DNA of 64,000 nt from Vairimorpha necatrix (Eukaryota). The DNA lies in the NCBI GenBank assembly GCA_036630325.1, contig CP142726.1:1054001-1118000 (forward strand). The letters are read 5' to 3'. This document shows positions 36,166 to 46,559 of the stretch, piece by piece. The notes under the pieces are model-generated. The model made no database searches, had not been told where the DNA came from, and saw only the letters and a program-made list of their open reading frames with translations. Every line of letters begins with the position of its first letter. Position 1 is the stretch's first letter. A program made the position numbers and the translations under genes.

Positions 36166-37155
36166 TTATAGTTCGACAATTTTGTCGGGTTTTATTAATA
36201 GGGAGTCTAAAATACAATCTTCAGATACATTCACAGAGTCGCCCAAAACACTGCCATTTATTTTCGCACCACTTTTTATTATTGAATTCCATCCAATAAT
36301 ACTGTCTTTTATTATGACATTATTTCCGATTAGCACATTATCAAATATAGTCGAATTCTCAATGTACACATTCTGTCCAATCTTAACATTATCGCCGATT
36401 ACTACATTTTTTTCTATGTCATGTTCTTTAACTAAATATCTTTTTAAATACATGTGCTGACCTATTAAATAATCTTTAATTTGTCCAATGTCCATCCAAA
36501 AACCTCTAAGATCGAATGTACCGAGCAGGTTATCCTTTACAATGTTCGGAAATATGTCTCTTTCCAGTGAACTCTCTTTTAATTCAATACGGTTTAGTAT
36601 TGATTCGTTGAAAATATAAATTCCGGCATTTATTCTTGAAATTTTCAAAGCCTTTGGTTTCTCAATAAAGGATTTTACTGTATGTGTGTTTTCGTGTGTA
36701 ATTACAACGCCATAACGAGATGGATCTTCCACACTTGTGGTGAGCATCGTGGCTTCGTAATTTGTGCTCAAATGATAAATCATCATCTCATATAAAGGAT
36801 AATCACAAATGACGTCACTATTTAAAACGTAGAAAACTCCTTTTAAATGGCGTCTTGCTAGTGCCAGAGGTCCCGCCGTGCCAAGCACTTCATCTTCTTT
36901 CGAATATATAATTTGAATATTATATTTAGTTTCATACACCTTAACTTTTTCTATAATCAAATCTGAATAATAATTCAAAGCCAAAATTATTACTTTTACT
37001 CCGATTTTGACTAGTGCAGATATTTGGTGTTCTAAAATTGGTTTGTTAATAAAAGGCACTAAGGGTTTAGGTAGTGTGTAGGTCAAGGGTCTAAGTCTTG
37101 TCCCATAACCTCCTACAAGAATTAAAGCTCTAGGTTGATTTTTTAAATGTACCAT
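36166..37155 (-). CDS. PSA1: Mannose-1-phosphate guanylyltransferase
   Basis: ALILVGGYGTRLRPLT..PKPLV, LGTAGPLALA, FWMDIGQ, C-terminal left-handed beta-helix repeats. Confidence 0.95.
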   Translation of the reverse strand: MVHLKNQPRALILVGGYGTRLRPLTYTLPKPLVPFINKPILEHQISALVKIGVKVIILALNYYSDLIIEKVKVYETKYNIQIIYSKEDEVLGTAGPLALARRHLKGVFYVLNSDVICDYPLYEMMIYHLSTNYEATMLTTSVEDPSRYGVVITHENTHTVKSFIEKPKALKISRINAGIYIFNESILNRIELKESSLERDIFPNIVKDNLLGTFDLRGFWMDIGQIKDYLIGQHMYLKRYLVKEHDIEKNVVIGDNVKIGQNVYIENSTIFDNVLIGNNVIIKDSIIGWNSIIKSGAKINGSVLGDSVNVSEDCILDSLLIKPDKIVEL

Positions 37156-37283
37156 TTTGTAAATAAAGGTTAAAAATTTATTGTTTTGCGTGTCAACAAA
37201 TAAACTCGTTTACAAAAAAATTAACATCAAAAACAAAAAGAATCTTTTGTTTACTAAAAAAAATTTATAAAAATGACAATTTT

Positions 37284-38234
37284 TTATTTATTAAAATTTA
37301 GATATTCTTCAATTTTCTGTTTTACATTTTCATTTTTTATCTTTTCTAAACATTTTTTTATATTGTCAATTTTTATATTTTTATTTTCTAATCCAGTCAA
37401 AATTCTCAAAATGTTTAATGTTTCTGAGGTATCAGGAATTTCATTCCAGTTAATTTTAAAATTATTTTTTTTGGCGTTTTCAATCCACTTGTATTGATTG
37501 TCTCCCAATTTATTACTAAAATTTGACAAATAATGTAGACCATTTTCAATTGTATCAGATTTCTTAGAATTGAAATTATAAACTTGTCTTTGTGTTTTAG
37601 ACAAATCTTCAGGATTTATTTCATCAAAATATCCTTCAATATTTGCCATTTGCATTTTGAAAATGTTGGCTTTAGGAAATTGGTCTGACAATTTTTTCAG
37701 ATTTCCTAAATATTCAGTTTTATTTTCTGCACATTCAAAAGTCTTGTTAAATAAAAATTCATAATAAATTTCTTCATCTTTAAATTTATAATCTTCAAGA
37801 TTTTCTTTTATAGAATCTTCTTCTTTCTTTTTAATGTATAAATTATGGAAATGATGTTTATTGACTTTATTGGTAAGTTCTCCTAAACTTTGCATTGCTT
37901 GTAAATTTACAACTATTTCATCGTCTTTTTTGAGTTTATTTAGAAATTTAAAAGCTTCATTGAAATATCCCATACAATACAGAATTTGGGATTTTAAGAC
38001 ATCCCATTTTTCCCCTGAATGTTTATTGGCAATTTTCAGTGCTTTTTTATATTTTCTCAATTTGTAAAGAGCATAGGCTGATTCGTAGGAATCTTTTTGA
38101 CTAAATTTTAATGCTTCTTCGAATTTTCCTATGTGTAAAAATGCGACTGCTTTGAAGTTTTTTATGTCTGGTATGTCTAAATTTGCTAATTTTTCGTGTT
38201 CTTCTAAAGTTTGAAAATTATTTGGATCGATCAT
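37284..38234 (-). CDS. TPR protein, probably reduced SRP72
   Basis: AYALYKL, LKSQILY, VVNLQA pattern resembles the SRP72 N-terminal TPRs; ATG at 38234 preceded by CCCC. Confidence 0.6.
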   Translation of the reverse strand: MIDPNNFQTLEEHEKLANLDIPDIKNFKAVAFLHIGKFEEALKFSQKDSYESAYALYKLRKYKKALKIANKHSGEKWDVLKSQILYCMGYFNEAFKFLNKLKKDDEIVVNLQAMQSLGELTNKVNKHHFHNLYIKKKEEDSIKENLEDYKFKDEEIYYEFLFNKTFECAENKTEYLGNLKKLSDQFPKANIFKMQMANIEGYFDEINPEDLSKTQRQVYNFNSKKSDTIENGLHYLSNFSNKLGDNQYKWIENAKKNNFKINWNEIPDTSETLNILRILTGLENKNIKIDNIKKCLEKIKNENVKQKIEEYLNFNK

Positions 38235-38667
38235 CTGGGGCAAAAAGTTATAAAAATTTATATAAAAATAAAGACATTTTAAATTTATTGGAATTTAAAA
38301 TATTAATTTATGGTTCATTGAGAGCATGCCTATAAATTAAATCAAAACAGCACTCTTTTAAAGACAAGAATGGCTTTGGTGATGGAGTCAAAAATTATGT
38401 GTCAACTATAAATAAGACATAACTACTTTCTTAAAAACTAAATTATTTATTTGATGAATTATTTCCAATGTTTACATACATTTGTTAATATTTTCTTTTT
38501 TATTTGACATTTTTTAGAATTTACTATAAATTTGTGCTTTTTTTTACCCCCATGAATTTTATGCACGAACTTTTGACTTTTACGAAAGAATCCCATAATT
38601 CATCTTAAAATTTAAAAATCCGAAATTAATCGGTGTTTTCTTCTAATTTTTTATACCCCGTAAATCA

Positions 38668-40836
38668 ATGGACGAAAAAGAAGCCATTTTAAATATTCTT
38701 AAAAGTAAAGAAATCGACTTGTCCAATGATTTTTTTAATAAAATTTATAAATTTGTACAAGATCGAGACATGTTAAATTTACAAAAACATGTATCAGAAG
38801 AAGTTTACAATGAAATTTTGGCTTTAGTAGAAAATAACAGGCATTTTAGTCCTGAGCAAGTTTTTCAAATTGACGATGACATTGAAATGCGCTATAAAAT
38901 TCCTAAAAATTTGTATATTGACACTTTTGTAGAGTACAAACCAGAAAAAGACGCGGACTTGGATATTCTGAACTTTCTTAATAATGAAGCCGACATTGAA
39001 GATCGTGCTCAATATGATTCTGTAGAATCAAAAATGGATTTGATAATAAAATTATTAGAAGAAAATCGAATAGTTTTGGTACAAGGAGACACGGGGTGCG
39101 GAAAGACTACTAAGATACCAAAATATTTATTAAAGAAATATTCTAATATTGTCTGCACTCAACCAAGAAGAATAGCGGCCATTAGTATTGCCAAAAAAGT
39201 AGCCAAAGATATGAACACGAAAATCGGCAAACTCGTTGGATACGCAGTGCGATTTGACGACTGCACTTCGAAAAAAACAAAATTAAAATATGTCACGGAT
39301 GGTATTTTACTAAAAGAAATTGTCCGTAAAGAAACTTTAAACAAATACGATTGTTTGATCATCGACGAAGCTCATGAGCGAACTATCAATATTGACATTT
39401 TACTGGGATATTGTAAAAAAATTTTGAACAGTAATTCAAAAACCAAAATTGTACTAATGAGTGCTACCTTGGCTACTCAAAAATTTATAGAATTTTTTAA
39501 TTGTCCATTTGTGGACATTAGACATAAAATTTTTCCATTACAAAATTATTTTATAAAACAATATGAAAATGAAAACTGGTTCGAGGAAACAATCAAAACT
39601 GTGATACAAATTCATAATTTTGAGCCTCCTGGTGATATTTTGGTTTTTCTAACTGGTCAAGAAGATATCAAAGAAGCTTTTGGTATTCTAAATTCAGAAT
39701 TGGGTAGAGAATCCTGTGAGATTTTGACTATTTATAGCGCCATGTCTGCACACGACCAGGAACGTGTGTTTTTAAAAACCGATAAACGAAAAATTATTTT
39801 GTCTACAAACATTTGCGAAACTTCTATAACTATAGAAAATATTGTATATGTTGTAGACTCAGGCAGAGTAAAACATATGAGACATTCTAATAATCTTGGT
39901 ATGGACATATTAGAGACAGTTATGATAAGTAAAGCTCAAGCCAAGCAAAGAAGCGGCAGAGCTGGCCGGACTAAACCGGGCAAAACATTCCGAATTTATA
40001 CAAAACAAGATTTTAATAAAATGGCCGATTTTACGCCTCCCGAAATTTTGACTACTAATGTTTGTAGTGGAATTTTAACTATAAAATCTTTAGGTATTGA
40101 TGATCTATCGACTTTTGACATGATAGACAAACCTAAAGTTGATTCTATAAACGACGCTCTAGAATATTTATTTCTAACCAGAGCTGTAGATAAAAATGGT
40201 AAAATTACTAAATTAGGATTGAAGATGTCTTCTTTGCCTTTAGATCCCAATTTAGCACTTACTCTTATAAGATCAGTAGAGCTTAAATGTTTTCAAGACA
40301 CTGCTATAATTTCAGCAATGTTGACTATTGATCAAATTTTTATTGATGTTAGTAAAGAAAACAAAAATTTATATAAAAAATTTTTAGATTCAAAAAAAAT
40401 CTGGTATGACGAAAGAGGTGATTTTTTCGTCTTACTTAAAATTTTTAAAGAATGGCAAAAAAATAATTTTAGTGAAAATTTTTCAAAAAAGTTTTTTTTA
40501 TCTTTTAGAAATTTGTGTCAAGCAAAAAAAATTGTAGAGCAATTGTCTAAAATATTCTGTACAGATAAATCTTCTGATATAAGCAAAGTCATGGAAGCTT
40601 TTTCTTATGGATATTTTATGAATATTGCTAAAATTAAAGAAGAAGGGTATTTTACAGTTTTTAAAGAGACAGAATGTTTTATTCACAGTAGTAGTTGTTT
40701 ATATAAAAAAAGAGAAAATTTAATTTTATATTTTTCTATTGTGAGAACAAAGAAAGAGTTTTTAAAATATTGTAATGTGGTTAGTAGTGAAATTTTGTGC
40801 AAAAGTGTGAACCATTTATTTCATAAAAAAAAATAA
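38668..40836 (+). CDS. DEAH-box RNA helicase (Prp22/Prp16/Prp43 family)
   Basis: GDTGCGKTT, TQPRRIAA, DEAH, SAT, QRSGRAGR; CCCC upstream. Confidence 0.93.
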   Translation: MDEKEAILNILKSKEIDLSNDFFNKIYKFVQDRDMLNLQKHVSEEVYNEILALVENNRHFSPEQVFQIDDDIEMRYKIPKNLYIDTFVEYKPEKDADLDILNFLNNEADIEDRAQYDSVESKMDLIIKLLEENRIVLVQGDTGCGKTTKIPKYLLKKYSNIVCTQPRRIAAISIAKKVAKDMNTKIGKLVGYAVRFDDCTSKKTKLKYVTDGILLKEIVRKETLNKYDCLIIDEAHERTINIDILLGYCKKILNSNSKTKIVLMSATLATQKFIEFFNCPFVDIRHKIFPLQNYFIKQYENENWFEETIKTVIQIHNFEPPGDILVFLTGQEDIKEAFGILNSELGRESCEILTIYSAMSAHDQERVFLKTDKRKIILSTNICETSITIENIVYVVDSGRVKHMRHSNNLGMDILETVMISKAQAKQRSGRAGRTKPGKTFRIYTKQDFNKMADFTPPEILTTNVCSGILTIKSLGIDDLSTFDMIDKPKVDSINDALEYLFLTRAVDKNGKITKLGLKMSSLPLDPNLALTLIRSVELKCFQDTAIISAMLTIDQIFIDVSKENKNLYKKFLDSKKIWYDERGDFFVLLKIFKEWQKNNFSENFSKKFFLSFRNLCQAKKIVEQLSKIFCTDKSSDISKVMEAFSYGYFMNIAKIKEEGYFTVFKETECFIHSSSCLYKKRENLILYFSIVRTKKEFLKYCNVVSSEILCKSVNHLFHKKK

Positions 40837-41050
40837 ACTATTTGTTTTTTTAAAGCTTACAGCTTTACATATTAAATGTTAATCGTTCTATAAAGATTTT
40901 TTTTATAAGCATTAAATATTATATCTTTTTTATTAATTTTAAAGCTTTATCATTTTGAATTTTAGATTAAATTAGCAAATTTTTAATTACAAAAAAAAAT
41001 TGTAAAAATTTTTTTTTACAAATAAATTTATAAAAATCATTATTTAAGCT

Positions 41051-41881
41051 TTATTTCTTATTTTTGATAGTATTTTTAATTTTACTCCACATTAATTTAT
41101 ATTTCTCATCATCTAATTTATTATCTACCACATTCCATTTTATAACATTATACCCAGACAGATCATTTTTATTCATACTACGAGTATTTACAATATAAAA
41201 AGTAGGCACAGTATTAAATAAACTCGCTACATCTCCTATTCCCCACTCATTAATTTGCCACTCACTTCCATCACAGAATATTGCCACTAGCATGTTCCAG
41301 TCGTCACTTGTCCAATCTTTTATGTCTTCTTCTGCTACAAAAACATGACTTTTAATTTTAAATTCCGTTTTATCAAAAATTAAATCTTGAGATTTTTCTA
41401 AAGATCCCGAAGTTAATAAAATTTCAATATTCGACAAATTTACAGTGGCTGTCAGTGAAGAAGACACGATAATTTTGTATTTTTCTGTTATTTTTGATTT
41501 TAGAATTTCGTCTGTTTTTTCTGCTATTAGATCTTTGACCCAGTGGTAGTCGTGTTTACTGTAGTATTTTGACTCTGGTAGATCGTATCTTCCTTGTGAC
41601 TCGACTTCATTTTCTTTCTCAACTTCTTCTAGAATGATTTTTTGATCAGAATAAAAAATCGAGAGAATGCCTTTTGTTTTACATTCTCGTAGATATTTTG
41701 TGTATTGGAGATGTTTGTTACATAAAAAATATGCTAATTGTTCAAGTGTATATTTTTTCTTAGTTGTTTCTTTGATTTCTATTTCCATGTTCTTGTCGTA
41801 TTCTAAGCCGGAGATTTTTATTTTATTTTCAGAGAAAGAGACGCTTTTTGGATTTTTAAGGATATCGCTCAATATTTCCAT
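41051..41881 (-). CDS. CDC73: Paf1 complex subunit Cdc73-like
   Basis: IIVSSSLTATVNLSNIEILL and DWNMLVAIFCDGSEWQ match the Cdc73 C-domain consensus. Confidence 0.8.
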   Translation of the reverse strand: MEILSDILKNPKSVSFSENKIKISGLEYDKNMEIEIKETTKKKYTLEQLAYFLCNKHLQYTKYLRECKTKGILSIFYSDQKIILEEVEKENEVESQGRYDLPESKYYSKHDYHWVKDLIAEKTDEILKSKITEKYKIIVSSSLTATVNLSNIEILLTSGSLEKSQDLIFDKTEFKIKSHVFVAEEDIKDWTSDDWNMLVAIFCDGSEWQINEWGIGDVASLFNTVPTFYIVNTRSMNKNDLSGYNVIKWNVVDNKLDDEKYKLMWSKIKNTIKNKK

Positions 41882-42085
41882 ATGGGACGAAAATAAAAAA
41901 TATTTATAAAATAAATTTATTCAAGGAGCTACTTTCCTATATCTCATTTTACTCCAGTTTTTTCTTCTGTTTATTCGACTTTTATTTCATCTAAGTTTGT
42001 TTATTGTCAAGCACAAATCCAAAAAGATTAGTGAATAATTCGCTAATCTATAGCTGCTAGAAAAAGAATTTTACAGTATAAAAAG

Positions 42086-42119
42086 ATTTTCTTTATTTAT
42101 GCGCATAAATAAAGAAAAT
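42086..42119. repeat. Perfect 34-bp palindrome
   Basis: ATTTTCTTTATTTATGC|GCATAAATAAAGAAAAT. Confidence 0.9.
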
Positions 42120-42207
42120 TATTACACCAATATTGTTCTCTAAATAATTAATATTACCATAAAGATCTATCATCTTAATATAATGAAATCTATTCAAACA
42201 TAATCTT

Positions 42208-42271
42208 TACATTCTTTTTTTACATTCTTTTTTACATTCTTTTTTTTACATTCTTTTTTACATTCTTTTTT
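42208..42271. repeat. Five tandem TACATTC(T)n units upstream of PNO1
   Basis: Direct reading of the sequence. Confidence 0.85.
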
Positions 42272-42280
42272 GACTCCTTA

Positions 42281-42910
42281 ATGGAAATTGTCAAAAATGT
42301 CTCTGACTCTAAAAATACAGTAGAAATCCAAGGAAGAAGTATAGACGTACCAAATTACAGAATGATGTTCTACAAAACAGAATGGCTAAAAATCTACACA
42401 CCAATAGTCGAACTTGCGAAAATCCAAATCAGAATGAATTTTATAAAAAAACAAATTGACATTAGAACTTGCGACTTGACAGAAGACACTTCTTTTCTAA
42501 ACAGGACTGAGCAATTTCTTAAAGCCATAAATCTTGGCTTTAGCATTGAAGACTCGCTTTCTATTTTAAAATTCGCTGATGTTTTTCTTGATAATTTTAA
42601 TATTCACGAAGTTAAAATACTGAAAAATCTGCACATAGAAAGAGCAATAGGCCGAATGATAGGGAGAGATGGGAAGACTAAGACTACGATTGAGTCACTT
42701 TCCAGGTGTAAGTCACTTATTAAAGATGCCAATATTTTTTTACTTGGGCCTATTGAAAATACAAGAATAGCTAAAGATTCTTACTGTAGATTAATCATGG
42801 GATCTCAGCCGGGGACGATTTACAATAGACTGAGAAATATAAGGACGAAAATTAAAGACACTTGTGGATCAATTCAGACAATTTACAATGAACTAGAAAA
42901 AAAGCAATAA
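42281..42910 (+). CDS. PNO1: Pre-rRNA processing KH-domain protein Pno1/Dim2
   Basis: WLKIYTPIVE, HIERAIGRMIGRDGKTK, LIMGSQPG. Confidence 0.92.
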   Translation: MEIVKNVSDSKNTVEIQGRSIDVPNYRMMFYKTEWLKIYTPIVELAKIQIRMNFIKKQIDIRTCDLTEDTSFLNRTEQFLKAINLGFSIEDSLSILKFADVFLDNFNIHEVKILKNLHIERAIGRMIGRDGKTKTTIESLSRCKSLIKDANIFLLGPIENTRIAKDSYCRLIMGSQPGTIYNRLRNIRTKIKDTCGSIQTIYNELEKKQ

Positions 42911-43049
42911 AAAAATATTAATAATTTTAACACATTATAAATAAGTTTTTTTGAATATAATTATTATGATAAATACATCTTATATTCTTTACAATTTTAA
43001 AGGTGTTTTAGTTTTGACAGTCTAAATATTTCCCTATTTTTTGCCCCCT

Positions 43050-43940
43050 ATGTTTACAGATTTTTTAGGACAACAATCTAATGAACCAACTCCTGACACT
43101 TCAGAGACTATTCAGATTTCTTCTTTAGCACTAATAAAAATGCTCAAACATGGCAGATCTGGTGTTCCTATGGAAGTCATGGGTCTAATGCTTGGGGAAT
43201 TTGTGGACGAATACACCGTCAAAGTCGTCGATGTCTTCGCCATGCCTCAAAGCGGCACTGGCGTCACTGTAGAAGCAGTCGACCCGGTCTTTCAAATGAA
43301 AATGATGGACATTCTAAAAGCCACAGGGCGAAATGAGACAGTGGTGGGTTGGTACCACAGTCACCCTGGATTCGGCTGCTGGCTAAGTAGCGTAGACATC
43401 AGCACGCAGCAAAGCTTCGAAAAACTTTGTAAAAGAGCTGTGGCTGTCGTCATTGACCCAATTCAAAGTGTCAAGGGCAAAGTCGTCATAGACGCATTTA
43501 GGTCAATAGGAAATTCCTTAGGAATTATAGGACAAGAACCAAGACAAGTCACTAGTAACATAGGATATCTTAAAACTCCTACACTTATTTCTATAATACA
43601 TGGTCTTAATAAACATTACTACTCTTTTAATATAACATATAAAAAATTTGATATTGAACAAAGAATGCTACTAAATTTACACAAGAAAACATGGGGCGAC
43701 AACTTGAAGATGCAAGAAATTAAGCTTGACAGAAAAAACTTATCAGTTTTACTGAATAATTACAATAAAACAGTAGAAGAAGAAAAAAATTTAACGGGGA
43801 AAGATTTAGTAATGTCAAGAGTGGGGAAATTAGATAGTAAAAAACACTTAGCAGAATTGTGTGATAGAAATATTCACAAGATTACTGTTTATAATTTGTT
43901 GTATTCTCTTCATTCTTTCATTTTTAATAAAACTGATTAA
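43050..43940 (+). CDS. RPN11: 26S proteasome deubiquitinase Rpn11
   Basis: [17 protein letters not shown] motif [20 protein letters not shown] at 43050 after CCCCC. Confidence 0.97.
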   Translation: MFTDFLGQQSNEPTPDTSETIQISSLALIKMLKHGRSGVPMEVMGLMLGEFVDEYTVKVVDVFAMPQSGTGVTVEAVDPVFQMKMMDILKATGRNETVVGWYHSHPGFGCWLSSVDISTQQSFEKLCKRAVAVVIDPIQSVKGKVVIDAFRSIGNSLGIIGQEPRQVTSNIGYLKTPTLISIIHGLNKHYYSFNITYKKFDIEQRMLLNLHKKTWGDNLKMQEIKLDRKNLSVLLNNYNKTVEEEKNLTGKDLVMSRVGKLDSKKHLAELCDRNIHKITVYNLLYSLHSFIFNKTD

Positions 43941-44031
43941 AAAATCTCTAAATTAATTTTTAACGAATTTTTGTTAAATTTTATAGTAAATACAAAAAGA
44001 AACTTTTTTATTTTTTATATAAATAGCTTTA

Positions 44032-44138
44032 AAATTTTTTGAAACACACGCTAAAATTTCCATACCCCAAAACGGATTTGATTTTTTCAATAAAAACATT
44101 ATGAAATTTTTTGAAACACACGCTAAAATTTCCATACC
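44032..44138. repeat. 35-bp direct repeat, two copies
   Basis: AAATTTTTTGAAACACACGCTAAAATTTCCATACC at 44032-44066 and 44104-44138. Confidence 0.85.
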
Positions 44139-44335
44139 TTAAAATCAGTTTAATATTAAACCTAAAAAACGCGTATAATTTTAAATTTTACCCTATAGAC
44201 ACATATTAGAAATTTTTTAAATAAAAAAAACATTTAATCTTAACATTTTAAATAAACTTCATTGAAAGTTTTGTATAAATAAAAATATCTCAGGCTTTTT
44301 AATATTTGTTAAATTTGGTTCATATTGAAAAAATT

Positions 44336-45754
44336 TTATTTTTTTTTAATTATAAATTTTGATGCAATAAATACATGATCTGATGGGAAATGAATATTAG
44401 GCAATCCAACCACTCTATCACAATACTCACTTTCAATATTACTGAGTATACTTTTAAGTTCCAATTTATCATTATAAAAAATATAATCTATCACTCCTTT
44501 AAAAGTAGGTGTAAAATTCGTAAAATTAGTTTCCTCGTTACAATACGCGTCAAATAAATTTAGAGAATTTTTCACCGGAAATCCAAAGGCATTCGTTTCA
44601 AAATCTTTATTCGTAATAAACGAGTAAACATTTGAATCGTATAAAGAATTAAAATCTCCTAATAAAAGAATGCCTGCGTCTTTAAATTTTTTACTAATTT
44701 TTTCTAATTCGTCAATTAATAAAAGAGTTTGTACAAATTTTATATCTTCATATTCTGGGTCCCAATACAAATGTACATTGACAACTATGAGGATTTTTTT
44801 AGTTTCAAGACATTCTAATAAGGTGACTGTGGCTATATTGTCTTTTTTACCGTATCTAGTCATTAAATTGACATTTTTTACAAATTTATTGTCATGTAAT
44901 AATTTACTATAAAAATCTATTACAAGACTTTCTATATGCCGGAATTTACCTTTTTTCCAGAATGTCGCGCATCCGTCGACGTTTTTAGAATCGGGAATAT
45001 TTTTAGATCTACCTTTTGGAAAAAAGGTCGAATCATATTCACATCTCAAATCTAATTGGTCTTTATAAAAATCTTGATAATTGTAAATTTCTATCTCTTG
45101 TAGACACAAAATATCCACATTATACGAACAAATATTATGTAAAATGTTTTCTTTTCTGTATTCCGGGTTTAAAATCCAAGTAGGTGGGTATCCCAATTTT
45201 AAAGCACTATAATTTGATAAAATATTAAATGTTCCACAAGAAAATGCGCTATAATTTTCGTCTTTTTTTATGACTGTGTCCAACCATGTCCTGTCAACTG
45301 GCGGGCTGTAATTCGAGTTATGTTCCCTACAATATTGTAATAATTTTTTTTCTTTATATAAAATATTAAATGGACTTATTAGTGGATTATTATTGATTTC
45401 GAAGACAGTACAATTATAAAGACAACCCAATTCCATTGGTATATTAGAAATTAGATTGTCTGATAAATAAATTTCTTTGAGATTTACCATTTTACCCATT
45501 TTTGGTGGTAAAAATTTGATTTTATTTTTACTAAGATTTAATATTTCGAGATTTTTAAGTATAAAAATGTCACTGGGAATGTTTTCTAATTCATTTCCTC
45601 TTAGATTTAGTTCTTTTAAAAAAATCAATTGAAATAAAGAATTTGATAAATGTTTTATTCCTTGAAAAGAGAAGTCTAGTCCTAAATAATTTTCCAAATA
45701 ATTTTTAGGAACAGTTTTAAGATTCTTTTTTTTTGAATTTTGAAGATCTTCCAT
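44336..45754 (-). CDS. CCR4: Ccr4 deadenylase (LRR + EEP nuclease)
   Basis: N-terminal LRRs; LCLQE, HLYWDP, GDFNS, IDYIF, PSDH. Confidence 0.95.
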   Translation of the reverse strand: MEDLQNSKKKNLKTVPKNYLENYLGLDFSFQGIKHLSNSLFQLIFLKELNLRGNELENIPSDIFILKNLEILNLSKNKIKFLPPKMGKMVNLKEIYLSDNLISNIPMELGCLYNCTVFEINNNPLISPFNILYKEKKLLQYCREHNSNYSPPVDRTWLDTVIKKDENYSAFSCGTFNILSNYSALKLGYPPTWILNPEYRKENILHNICSYNVDILCLQEIEIYNYQDFYKDQLDLRCEYDSTFFPKGRSKNIPDSKNVDGCATFWKKGKFRHIESLVIDFYSKLLHDNKFVKNVNLMTRYGKKDNIATVTLLECLETKKILIVVNVHLYWDPEYEDIKFVQTLLLIDELEKISKKFKDAGILLLGDFNSLYDSNVYSFITNKDFETNAFGFPVKNSLNLFDAYCNEETNFTNFTPTFKGVIDYIFYNDKLELKSILSNIESEYCDRVVGLPNIHFPSDHVFIASKFIIKKK

Positions 45755-45923
45755 TAGGGGAAAATTTTTTACGAAATTTTAGTAAAAAAAAATTATTTTG
45801 TCCAAGACGAAAGTCGTAAAAAATATTTTTGGATTTCAAGTTACATTTGAAATTTATAATAAAATAGAACAGATAAATAATTAACAAGTCGAATTTAAGA
45901 GTACAAAAAAAAATTAAATTATT

Positions 45924-46409
45924 TTAATTTAATGAATGAAAATTAGTAGAAACTACTACATTCATCCCAACTAATCCTTTAATAGCTGTCTCGATCATTT
46001 TAAACTCGTCTTCATTAAAAGTACATTTTTTTTCTAATAAAACGTTAACAATTTCTTCTTCAGGTGAAATCACGTCAGTTCTGATTCCATTGATATTAAA
46101 AGGATAACAAGCCCCTTTAAATATTTTTTTACAATCATTCCAGCTAGTTTTTCCTTCATTTTTAATATTTTCTACTAAAATTATATAATAATCTTGAAAT
46201 TTCTGTTTTATATTTTTTATTATTGAGCCAAAATTAATTTGAGATTTAGAAATTATTTCTACTGGGACTTTGACAGTCATGACTTTCCTCTTGTTGTCTC
46301 TTATGAATGTTTGAATGTTGATTTCTTGGAGTTTTTTCTCGTCAATGTCTGTGACAAATTTTTTTATAATTTCTGAGATTTGTTTTTCAGTTTCAGTTTG
46401 GGCCGACAT
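45924..46409 (-). CDS. RPS7: 40S ribosomal protein eS7, reduced
   Basis: Size and pattern (VKVP ... [10 protein letters not shown] ... VLL) fit a divergent eS7; CCC upstream. Confidence 0.75.
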   Translation of the reverse strand: MSAQTETEKQISEIIKKFVTDIDEKKLQEINIQTFIRDNKRKVMTVKVPVEIISKSQINFGSIIKNIKQKFQDYYIILVENIKNEGKTSWNDCKKIFKGACYPFNINGIRTDVISPEEEIVNVLLEKKCTFNEDEFKMIETAIKGLVGMNVVVSTNFHSLN

Positions 46410-46559
46410 TTTTAGGGCTCAAAAAAAAGCCACATTTTAAATAAAATAGACTAACAAATTTAAATAAGTTTAACTAAAGTTATGTAGACAAATCAAAAAA
46501 TTCAAATAAAAAAAATCAAAAAAATTTAAAAATTTTTAAGTAAAAAAGAGATAATCTTT

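Noticed and set aside
44032..44138. CRISPR-like repeat-spacer-repeat
   Set aside because: Only two copies, eukaryotic context, no cas genes; a local duplication is simpler
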